A stretch of 64,000 nucleotides of DNA from Batkoa obscura (taxonomy: Eukaryota). This document shows, in pieces, positions 11,601 through 22,000 of this stretch (its first letter is position 1; every line of letters begins with the position of its first letter). The stretch lies in NCBI GenBank assembly GCA_030770535.1, contig JASVEC010000011.1:496001-560000 (forward strand). The letters run 5' to 3'. Both the position numbers and the translations under genes were made by a program. Under the pieces are notes generated by a model. That model saw only the letters and a list, made by a program, of their open reading frames with translations, ran no database searches and was not told where the DNA came from.

Positions 11601-12448
11601 AGTTGCTTTCTTTTGTTAAATCTAAAGTTGCTGCCAATGATATTTTTGCACTTTTAGACCGTACACCCAAGATTAATCAATCAGATGTTTATGGTAATAA
11701 AAATAAGCAATTATATGGTAATATTTTAAGTGAAAATGCTCACTTTGCTTACCCGTCTAGACCCGATACTAAGGTATTAAATGGATTAGATTTAGAAGTA
11801 CTTAGAAATAAAAAAGTAGCTTTAGTTGGCTCTTCTGGGTCTGGAAAATCAACTATCATTGGCCTTATCCAAATGTTCTATACACTTGATTCTGGTAAGC
11901 TTGAAGTTGAAGGCCAGGATATCAGTGAATGGAATGTACCTTATTTAAGAAGTCAATTATCTACCGTTGGTCAAGAACCTGTACTCTTCAACATTTCAGT
12001 TATGGATAATATCGCTTATGGAGCAGAAAGAGATGTCACAAAAGAAGAAATTATTCATGTAGCTAAAATGGCTAATGCACATGATTTTATCATGGATCTC
12101 CCAGATGGTTATGATACTTCATGTGGTGAGCGTGGAGGTAGACTTTCAGGTGGTCAAAAACAGAGAGTAGCTATTGCTAGAGCACTTATTAGGAATCCAA
12201 AATTATTGCTATTAGATGAAGCTACATCTGCTTTAGATTCCCAATCTGAAAAAGTTGTACAAGATGCTTTAGATAAAGCTTCGGAAGGTAGAACTACAAT
12301 TACCATTGCTCATCGTTTATCCACTATTCAAGATGCTGATATAATTATTGTTATGAAAAATGGTAAAAAAGTAGAAATGGGTACCCATGACAATCTTTTA
12401 ACACTCAATGGATTCTATGCATCTTTAGTTCAAAATCAATCTCTTTGA
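8618..12448 (+). CDS. ABCB1/MDR-type full ABC transporter (paralog 1)
   Basis: TMD-NBD-TMD-NBD; Walker A GHSGSGKS and GSSGSGKS, LSGGQKQR twice, LLLDEATSALD twice; intronless 1276 aa. Confidence 0.97.
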   Translation: MFNFNKKYNNEVNEKDIGLEEEKEEEKSVENVPFLKLFKFATAKDKLLISFASSVSIINGISQPILFLLFSQAISLFGDYQKSYSENPDLANKTLRETVDFLCIMFVIVGAITAVAAYFQLSLWLMVGESQAVRIRNKYYHSVLSQEIGWFDSISSGDIASRIAGDINLVQDGISDKVGLLIQYVTCFIVAFIVAFIKGWKLTLVMLTSLPLMGVASMLISHDIADTSKNGQGVYGEAGSIAEEVLSAIKTIYSFNTQEKEQNRYEDKLKLARKKGFRKAFFSGLNNGIFLFIIFASYALAMWYGGKLIRDGEQGTVDVLAVFFNVLVGSMVLGMTSPSLTAIATAQGAATKLFEIIERESNIDPFLITEEHVKNQSKMSPVKGSITFENVQFSYPSRLDVQILKGISFEALKGQTVALVGHSGSGKSTCISLIERFYTPTSGRILLDGIDISQISNKFLKEHVGLVGQEPCLFGTTIKQNILFGLKNDDEFKADAKQLHDRVVNACKLANIHDFIMKLPQQYDTMVGDRGSQLSGGQKQRIAIARAIIKDPTILLLDEATSALDTESERIVQKALDNAAKDRTTIVIAHRLSTIKKADKIVVFDEGTIIEEGSHNELIELNGAYANLVKQQEIRKGGNEGKSKYDAVISTDINEDKVVLDIENIELNEVLFKIESQVKPLPEVLVKDKNQPVALARCLRMVRSYWYYGLCGSIGAIIDGVSYPIEAIILTNAIESFIGLTTPQLVEKSQININFSSLMFLVLAIVCFIAGLMRYAGFNTLGEHLTYEIRRRCFRSLLTQEVGFYDAPENSVGIITGKLSTEAENVQGLVGKFLGPIFSALSCTVISLIIAFLSGWKLTMVALATVPFTAYGQLVEVSALTDVNEKTKLAYLKASQIAMESIINKRTINSLNRETIFFEDYLGRVEKAHQVSKKGYLKSAVGYSFAMSIPHFVNALLFWYGTTLIISQEYDYKSIFQIINSIMFMGMSFGYASSELLSFVKSKVAANDIFALLDRTPKINQSDVYGNKNKQLYGNILSENAHFAYPSRPDTKVLNGLDLEVLRNKKVALVGSSGSGKSTIIGLIQMFYTLDSGKLEVEGQDISEWNVPYLRSQLSTVGQEPVLFNISVMDNIAYGAERDVTKEEIIHVAKMANAHDFIMDLPDGYDTSCGERGGRLSGGQKQRVAIARALIRNPKLLLLDEATSALDSQSEKVVQDALDKASEGRTTITIAHRLSTIQDADIIIVMKNGKKVEMGTHDNLLTLNGFYASLVQNQSL

Positions 12449-12809
12449 TTTAACCAAAGAATGCTTTGTTTTGTTTTGTTTTAATATAATAAAAATAATT
12501 TAAACAATATACATCTCTTATAAAGCTGTATTTTTTCTTTTACATTTATGATTATCTAAAGTTCTTTAAAAATATGAACGTTTCACTTAGCATTCTTATT
12601 TTTATCTAATGATTTAAAAAATATAATAATAATTTAATTTAATTTAATTTTCAGCATTGCTATTTAAGTTATCTTTAGTAATTAGTACAAAAAACATTAG
12701 ATTTGAATATTCAGTGTTGGTTTTTATTAAACAATACATTGGAAGCGTAAAATACAATACAACTTCCCAACGTACATTTTATAAAACAACAGAGTTTACA
12801 GTGTATCTC

Positions 12810-15800
12810 TCACTTATCAAAATAAGGCTCTCTAGGTTTAACGTGGATAGCAGACCCAACTTCACTACCAACATTTTGATTTGAGATATCCTTAGAACTA
12901 GGTGGAGTAGGTTCTCTACCTAATAAATTCGTTAAACTAAAAGGGTTAGAATCCACTTTATTTTCTTTTGATTCTGTATTAAATTTCTTTATTCTGTATT
13001 TTGGGTACTTTGGTATCTTTTCTTCCTCAATTGAAAACACTAAATAGTCATCTCTAAGCCTAGACCCAAGCTTATGTTTGACGATATTAATATAAGCACG
13101 CTCATCCACCTTGGTATGGATCAGAAGATAAAGCGCGGTGATCACATCAGGTAAGCTAATATCCAAACTTTGTACAATCCTTAATAGATCCTTTAAACGT
13201 TTAACACCAACCTTGTTCACTCCAGTAGCTAATATCTCCGTATAAATATCATGACGGAATTTAAGCAGTAAACTGACAATATCTTCCATCAATGTAAACT
13301 CTTCCAATTGTTGAGCTTCTTGGATATCTGTAGCTGCATCAATCACTTCTATAAATGTAGCCAAGGTGGGTCGTTTTGGTCGAATGTTGCCCTTGATGCT
13401 AGCGTCACATACTGGGCAGATGCAATAATCGGTATCAGTTTCAAATCCTTTAATACAATTGGAATGGTAATTGACCCCACATACCTGGCATAATAGATTA
13501 CTTTCTTTAGCGTGATGAAAGCAAAAACAAGCACCTTGAGAATACTTTAAATTATGTCCCTTTTCAACCTTTTTCTTCATCTGAGTTAGTTTAGTTGAAA
13601 ATGGCGCATGCCTTCCCTTTGGTGTAATTAGTAAACGTAAGCTTTGATCGTACCACTCTTTAACTCGAGCTTGAGACGAATTGGTAGCATTACTCTCAAT
13701 GATATTTAAATTAGTTGATGACAGCTTTCGTCTTAAACCGATATCTGGGATTGATATATCAGACTCACCTCTAAATCCCCCTGGTAAAAGTGGCACATGA
13801 GCATTGTTTGCAATGGGCAATGGGGATGCTTCGAAAATAGACTCTGTCTCTTCCACATTGGTTTGTTGCTTTACTCGCTCGCCTTTTAATTTTTTCGCTT
13901 CATCTAAGTGATAATTGACAAACTTTATTTTGGGCTTAGTACCAATAAAGGAGGACGAAAAAGGATTTAATTTATCAGTTGAATAAACAGACGGTGATCT
14001 TTCATCTTGTTCATTGTTTAATATTGACAAATTTTCATTAGGCTGTTCGCTATTTAGGTTAGGTAAGCTTTCATTATGCTCGCTGCTTAGGGTTATTGTA
14101 CTTACATTATGAGGTTCATTATTTGAGACAGTCAATCTATCTCGTTTTTGATTATTCCTCGGGCTGGCCAGGTTAAATGGAAGTTGTCTTTCGGTATTAA
14201 CTCGATGTTGATTATAAATAGCAGACTCTTCAACTAAGCTATGGGTAATATTGTTAGAATGAGAATAAACTGGATGTGCTTTTTGACTATTAATAGAATA
14301 AAAATTGTTCGGCAGGTCTGATTTATATTTTTCTAAACGAGTTGGGTCATAAACTTGTAAATTGTCTAATTTGCGCGTTTCTACATGGGCTGGCACATAA
14401 GTTGGTTTAACTGGATCATAAGTTAGTTTTACTGGATCATAGGTTAATTTTACTGGATCATAAATTGATTTGATAGTATCACAAAGTTGCACTTCATCAG
14501 ATCTATGATCTTTCTCTTTTATAGGCCTATAATATTGTACCTCCGCTGGCTCATAAGTTTCAACATCAATAGGTTCATGCGCATCCATTTCAACCTTGCT
14601 TCTATCTTCTTTTTCCAGCTTATCTTTCAACCCAATCAATTTCCTCATCACACTATCTTCGAAATAAACATTACAAGCCTCCTCTTTTAACTCAATGATT
14701 GCTTTAAGTGATGGTTTATTATGACTCAATAGTAATTCTACTTTATATTGCCAATCAAGACTTTCGTCAATCTTATTTAATAATTTAATGAGCATTTTAT
14801 TATCTTTTGGAATTTGAAATTCGCTTGCCAAATTACAAAGCAATACCAAATCATTAAGTGGATAGTAGGTTTCTAATAGAGCAATAGCTCTTTGGTTCCA
14901 TTCCCATTTGATTAATAACTGTTTCACTTTGTCGTTCCCCATATTAAAATTATACTTCTGACTGATTTTTTTGACAGAAAGTATTTTCGTATAATCCACT
15001 TCTTTCTGACTGAGTAATTGATTCAGCTGATCTGTATAATTAGCTAAAGCTTCATAAAAGTGTAAAAACCCATCAATTTCCGTTGAGGCAATTTTAAAGC
15101 TTAGTGCTTCATTTGCCAACTCCTTTACATAGTTAAAGTACTCCCATTCATACTCAAACTCAGACTGATTCTTATTTCCCGCCTGGTTCATACCTCTAAG
15201 AATCGCCGATGATTTATTAACCCACTCCTGATATTTATCCAGCATATGTTTCAAATTGATGCTCTCTGGAATAACACATTGTAAACTAGACGCACTATCG
15301 ATCAGATTCATCAACTCAAAATATTGGATCTTATCATTTTCTTTAAATAAATCAAGATACCTTTCCTTCCATCGCATCAAAGGTAAACTCATTCTTTCCA
15401 ATTTAGCAATCGTGTTTTGCAAATGAGCACTAGTAACATGAATAACCAAACATTTTACACTACCTTCGCACTGACATAATGTAGTAGCATGTGAAAGGCA
15501 AACAATTTTATTTATATTCTTCTCACACGTACAATAAGCATGTGAAAGATAACAAAAAGTATTACATACAGCACATTGGGGAATCTCAACTTGTCTATGA
15601 TCTCTTGAAACCTCTTTAAATATTTCTTTTGGTCCAATGCGCTTGGTTTGTTTCCTGCCTTCCAACTCTTGAAAAGCTATCTCTTTAAGGGAGGGTAATA
15701 GATGATTAGCTTGTGAAACAGTAAGCTTGGTATTGGTTAGATACAACAACAATTCCTCAAAACAAAACACAGGCATCCTATTTTGAAGTTGATAATCTGT

Positions 15801-17689
15801 TTTGGATTTCAATCCAAATGGAATCCAATCGTAAGGCGCGTAATAAATTGATTCATTAAAACTAAACCCATTGGAATACCAACAAGAATAAGATTGTGGT
15901 AGAGTAATAACAAATTCACCTGCTTTTTGTTCACATGTATAAATGGGAATCCCTGCTTTTTGAATGTCTTGGGGAGATACCATTGTTATTAATTGGTACA
16001 TCAATTCAGGGTCATTTTTAAAAAGAGAAGGTGCCAACTGTTTAAAGAAAGCTTCAAATTCATAAGCTGCATAGGAGGGTATACTATAGTACCTTTTACT
16101 TTCCCCCCAATGTTGATAGTTAATGGAATAAGCAAAATGATCATCTGTATGCCAACAATGGGTAGAAAATAACATAGTAATATATGCCCATGGGACATTC
16201 ATACCTGAATGTTTATCTTGTAAATTTGATAACACATTGCTTGGGCTATTGCCAATATTATTAAGGTTCCAAGGATGAGTGGCAATCGAATCATGTGGAT
16301 TAATTTCAGCTGTGGTAAAACCAGAGCCCTGATAAGAAGATTGCAAATCGTTGGCTGTTTCAACTTGTAAATCTACTACTGGGTTATCGATGTGATGCCA
16401 AAACTCTTTTTCTTTATTTAATGGTGACACTTTATTATTCCTTTTGTTAGATTGAGAGTCTGTTATCCTTAATTTTTGCATTAAATATTCTTGGTAAAAG
16501 TCATTTGCTTTCGTCATAAATTCATTGAGATAATACCCATTACCACTATCGAACCCAAAACTGGGCTCATAGTTTTTAAGGCATATTGGACAAAAGAAAG
16601 GAGGTAAAAGTACAACATTCATCTTCAACTCAAAACATCCTAAATGATAATAATCTTGACATGTTTCGCATTGGACCATTGCATCGGTCTTTAGCTCACC
16701 ACCTAAACAGAGCTCACATTTTTTACCTACATTCTTTCTCACTCTCTTTTTATCTTTGGCAGCTTGAATTTTATCAGCTAAATTCATATATTTGTTATAT
16801 GGCAATACATAATTCTCATAAATATTTTTTAAAGAATGAGAAAGTGAGGTGCAGTCGGCCGGATTATAACCTAAATTCCTACCAATTTGAGCCCATTTTT
16901 TGGACTTCACAACCTAAAAATTAAATTAAATATTAACTTTAATGCAAAAAATATATCAAAAGGCTGAACTTTACCGCTTCAAACCCACCCATCCCTTGTA
17001 CTGTATTATTCAAATGTAATAAGTTTAAAGTTTTGGTATAGACTGTAGGTACCCGAAACAAGTTACCAAACTGTTCATTAAAAGTCTTTAACTTTTCATT
17101 AAAGTTTAGCTGTTCCCTTGACTTTGCTCCAAGGTAATTGATCTTTTGAGTGTACGTTTTGAATTGGTATTTCTAAAAATTAATAATTATAAATAACCAG
17201 TTTCACTAACTTCTACTATTAACAAACCTCGACTTCGATTCCAAAGTTCACTTTAAAGTTAGCCGGGGGTACAACTTTACACATCCCATATCGCCCCGCT
17301 TTCAAAGTTAAAGTGGAAATGAGTTCACCCATGTTATTGAATTCTTCTTCAGTGGGGTAGAAAGTGGGTACTTCTTCAAGCTTAAAATGGTTATCTGAAG
17401 ATGTTGCCCCATTGCCATCTACCCTTAGTTCCAAGTTATTTCTACTATGACCTGAGTTCTCTTTAATGAACTCTTTCAGTTCTTCGTTTGTTATAGTGGT
17501 CGATGTATAAACTTCGGTTGGATTTGAGTTTAAGCCATCGTTGGTGACACCAGAAGATAAAGGTTGAATTTCAGGTTGAGTTCGCTTTCTTCCAGGTTTA
17601 TTACGCTTGTTGACGGACTGTGGTGTGCTGGGGTCTTGATCAGGTTGTAAAGTGCCTTTTTTAGTCGATTTTTGTTTTCTTTTTACCAT
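12810..17689 (-). CDS. KDM5/JARID1-type JmjN-ARID-PHD-JmjC-C5HC2-PLU1-PHD protein; complement(join(12810..16913,16975..17172,17228..17689)), ~1587 aa
   Basis: JmjN PTFYPTEEEF...YGMCKVVPP; ARID GGFEAVVKSKKWAQIG; PHD; JmjC WNLNN...YSINYQHWGESK; two phase-0 GT-AG introns keep the frame. Confidence 0.9.
14397..14463. repeat. 3 x 21-bp coding tandem repeat (YDPVKLT)
   Basis: ATAAGTT...ACTGGATC repeated three times inside the KDM5-like CDS. Confidence 0.85.
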
Positions 17690-18269
17690 TAAATAAGTAG
17701 CTTGGTGCGATATTTATTAATTAAAGGAGGTTGATGTTGAATTTGTTTTTAGTTGGAATAAAGCGTAATTTTTTCTTTAAAATGGTGATGCTATTTTTGG
17801 TTGTTTTTATACCTGTGATTTTAAAGTGAGAATAGTTTGGTTCTAAAAAAAGTTTTAAATTGTTGAATAACTATTGGTTTAAATTGATTTTAAAAATTTT
17901 AAAGAAAAATTATTTATTAAATTAAGATATTTTTGACATTTAAGATAAAATTAAGTTTAATATGACCAAGTTATTATGCTATTTTATTTACTTTATTAAT
18001 TTATAAATGAAGTATATAATTCACTAGACCATAAATATATTATTTACATTTAGTTATACTTACCTCATTCAAATCCAAACAATATGAATTCAAAATCTAA
18101 AATCTAAGAGATTAATTAAACTTACATAATTTGATTATACTTCTTGCTCACATTCCAACTATACATTACTAATCTTAAGACTAAAATTATCATCGTTCAC
18201 TTGATTTATAATTTTATCAGCTAATCGACTAATGCTAGCATATTTTAATTGTACCCAGTAGTTTTATAT

Positions 18270-18366
18270 GGGGATGTATTTTTTTGTTTAAGAATTTTAC
18301 TAACAATCTTTCTGCTGAAATAGTGCTTAAAAATGGAAAAAACAACGAAGCCAAAAAAACACCCCC
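18270..18366 (-). mobile_element. MITE family A
   Basis: Reverse-orientation copy, ATAT TSD. Confidence 0.9.
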
Positions 18367-18537
18367 ATATTGAGATTGAAATATCACTGCTTAGTATCCA
18401 ATAAAATAAAATAATTTTCCTTTTTTGAATCAAAAATAAACTAATTCTTAAGTTAAATATTAAAAGATTGAATCCTAATATATAATTATTAAAATACTTA
18501 ATTTCATATAATAGTGTTACTTTTCTTTTTTTCCCTA

Positions 18538-18937
18538 TGTGAAATCTGGTACTCAGGGTTTGGAGTCAAGAACAGCTATTGCTGGGTTGACTACACTATA
18601 AGTCGAAAGGTCTTAGTTTATGTGACTAAGATAGACTTGGGTTATGAGGAATAGCACGTAATAGGTTACAAGCTATATAAGACAAATAGAATAGACAATA
18701 CTAATGTAAAATCTATGTAAAATACTATTAAGAAAACTTAGTGGCTTTATTAAATGTTCGAGATATCAGGGATTAATTCAGTTAAAAAGCCTCGAACTAT
18801 TATATTCTGTAAACTCTTTTATACTCTGAAAAGTATAAGTATCAAAATGAGAAGATAATATTCTTTTGGGTGGAACTAGAAATTCTCATAACAAATCAAA
18901 ATAATTAACCATGGGACTGACAAAGCGATATTTCACA
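18538..18937 (-). repeat. 3' LTR
   Basis: TGTGAAAT...ATTTCACA; appears identical to 25691-26090. Confidence 0.97.
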
Positions 18938-19034
18938 TTTCCCTCCCTATGATTTGATATAGTGAATTTTTATGGCTTACTTACCGAGAACCTATGAGAT
19001 GGAATTTGACTAGTTACAAATTGTATTCATTGAA

Positions 19035-22000
19035 TCACATTGCTGATTTGAGAAACTTGGCATGGACTCGGTTATATATAACGCTTGTTCGTTTATGTTT
19101 AATTGAATAGCTATCATACAAGTGTTTATGTATGACTTCATATGGTCCATCCCATTTCAATGCTAGTTTATTTTTTCTAGATTGATTATAGGAAGGGTAC
19201 AGATGAACGATATCACCTACTTTGAAGACAGCTAGACGAGGAAGTCGAGAAATGTCTTGTCGATACCTCCTTGTTTTCGAGTCTGTCAATGCATTAAAGG
19301 CGTCAACTTGGATAGCTATTAGTTTTTTTGTTAGCTTAAGCAAGTACATGTCAGGACTCATCTCTTCTTGTCTAACTATCAAAGGAGCGAATGATATGGG
19401 GAGTCCCGGATGTCTCCCATAAAGCATAACAAAAGGGGATTTTTTGGTAATACTATGTACTGAATATCTATATGCTAAAATAGCAGAATGTAGATATTCA
19501 TCCCAAGAGCTAGTTTTATCGAAAGCCAGCTTCCTTAATATACGTACTAGTGTACCGTTTACTCTCTCAACCATTCCGTTAGTTTCAGGATGATATGGAG
19601 CTGCAGTAGAATGCTTTATGGCCATTAGTCTAGCTAATTTCGGGAGAACCAGGTTAACAAAATTGGCAGCGTTATCAGTAAGTATCACCTGAGGGCTTCC
19701 ATGCCTACAAATAATATCCTCGTATATAAATTTAGATATGTGAAAGGAAGTCTGATTTGGTATTGCTTTTGCTTCAACCCACTTAGTTAGATGGTCGATA
19801 GCTACAACAATAAATTTGTTCCCTCTTACCGAGGAGGCCTCACAGAGAGGACCTATTACATCTATACTTACCGTGTGAAATGCATGTTTAGGTAAAATAA
19901 ACTTATAGGCTGTAGCTTTTATTTTACTTTGTTCCCTCTTGCAAACATCGCAATTATTTATAAAGTCTTCCAAATCTGGTATCATTGATTCCCAATAGCA
20001 GGAGACTTTCATAGTATCGTATGTTTTTTGGAAGGCTGAATGTCCACAGATTACATCATGGAATTGTTGGCATGCAGATAGTCGTGAAGAAGGCCTAATA
20101 TATGGAATATATGTTCCCTTAATCTTTTTATACAAGGCATTATCTCTTACAATGATATTTTGAGCGTTTTTCTCAAGCCATTGTTTGAGTTCAGGCTGCT
20201 GCTGCGGCCATTTATCTTTATTACCCAATAGATTGTACAAATCATCATCTATGGGGGTAGCTAGACAAATTCTGGGTAACCTGCTAAGCCCATCTGCATT
20301 TTGATGATCTTTACCTGGTTTATATACTATATCAAAACTATACGATTGTAGTTTTAGAGCCCACCTAGCTAAACGTCCTTCAGGATTAGTGATTGAATAC
20401 AACCATTTTAGGGAAACATGATCAGTAATAACAGTAAAGTGAGTGCCGTAGATATACGGTCTAAATGCCTTTATAGCATGAATAATTGCAAGGCATTCTT
20501 TCTCTGTTGTAGTGTAGTTCCTTTCGTGTTTCGACAAGGTCCTAGAGGTATAGGCTATTGGGTGTTCACAATTGTTATCATCGAGTTGACTTAAAACACC
20601 TCCAACTGCAGTTAGACTAGCGTCAGTATGTAGTGAGAAGGGCTTTGAGAAATTTGGAAACATCAATACTGGGGCGTTAAGCAGCTTGTTGCGAAGCTCT
20701 TCAAAAGCTTGTTGGTGTTCTTCCTTCCATTGAAACTTGACTTCTTTCTTTAGTAATTGGAACAGTGGGGTAGCTAAATTCGAAAAGTCTTTTATAAACC
20801 TTCGATAATAATTCATTAATCCAAGGAATACTTGTACCTCCCGCATCGTAGTTGGGGGGAGAAGCTCCTTCACTGCATCTAGTTTATTTGGAATAGGGGC
20901 TAGTCCTTTGTCAGAGACTTTATAGCCTAGAAATTCCAAACTAGTTTGGAAGAATGAACACTTCTTTGGTTTTAACTTTAGATTGGCTTGACGGAGGCGC
21001 TCAAATACTGCTTTAAGATGAGTTAAGTGATCTATAAAAGTTCTTGAAAACACATTCAAGTCATCTAAGTAAATTAATACGCACGAAAGTTTAAGGTCAC
21101 CTAGTGTATTATCCATAAGACGCTGGAATGTAGCGGGAGCGTTCGAAAGGCCTTGTGGCATCCTAGTTGGTTGAAATAGTCCTTCAGAAGTTATTAAAGC
21201 GCACTTTTCTTGGTCTTCTGGATCCATTTCTACCTGCCAGTATCCTGAGATTAAATCCATTGCTGAAAAGTATTTAGCACCTTGTAATCGGTCAACCGCA
21301 TCGTCTATTCTGGGTAGAGGGTATACATCTTTCTTTGTGATTTTGTTAAGCTTTCTATAGTCCATAACTACTCTATTAGTTCCATCTTTTTTCTTAACGA
21401 TCATAAGGGGGGAGGCCCATGGACTATTTGAAGGAATGATTAAACCTAGCCTTAAGAGTTTTTGAACTTCTTCTCGTTCTGCTTTGAGTTCAGATTGAGA
21501 TTTACGATATGCTTTAGTTGCGACGGGTAATGAATCACATGTATATACTTTATGTTTAGTATTGCGAGCGCAACCAATATCTTCTTCTGAAGTTGCGAAT
21601 ATGTCTTTATATTCCTCCAGCAATTTATAAAATTGGAGTTGTTCATCTTGGTTTAGATGGTTAATAGTGTCTTTTTCCACAAAAAGGGCTTGGTTATTTG
21701 GGGCCTCTTCGTGAATTTGAAATTCTTCTAGTGTTGCAAATTTACTGAAAGTATTAATCAAGGCGTTGTTTTCTACGTATATCGTGCCAATCTGTTGGCC
21801 TCTAGAGATATTGATTTCTTTTTTGGTAATGTTTGCAAGTAATAACTTGATAGTCTCATTCATGTTGTTGCCTAAAATTCCGGGCATAGTTAGTGGTTCT
21901 AATTGTGAGACACCTTCTATACTATATATAGATAAATGGAATTCCTTAGGTATCCATAGTGAGATCTCAGTATCTAATACTATCTGTGACTTAGGCGGTA

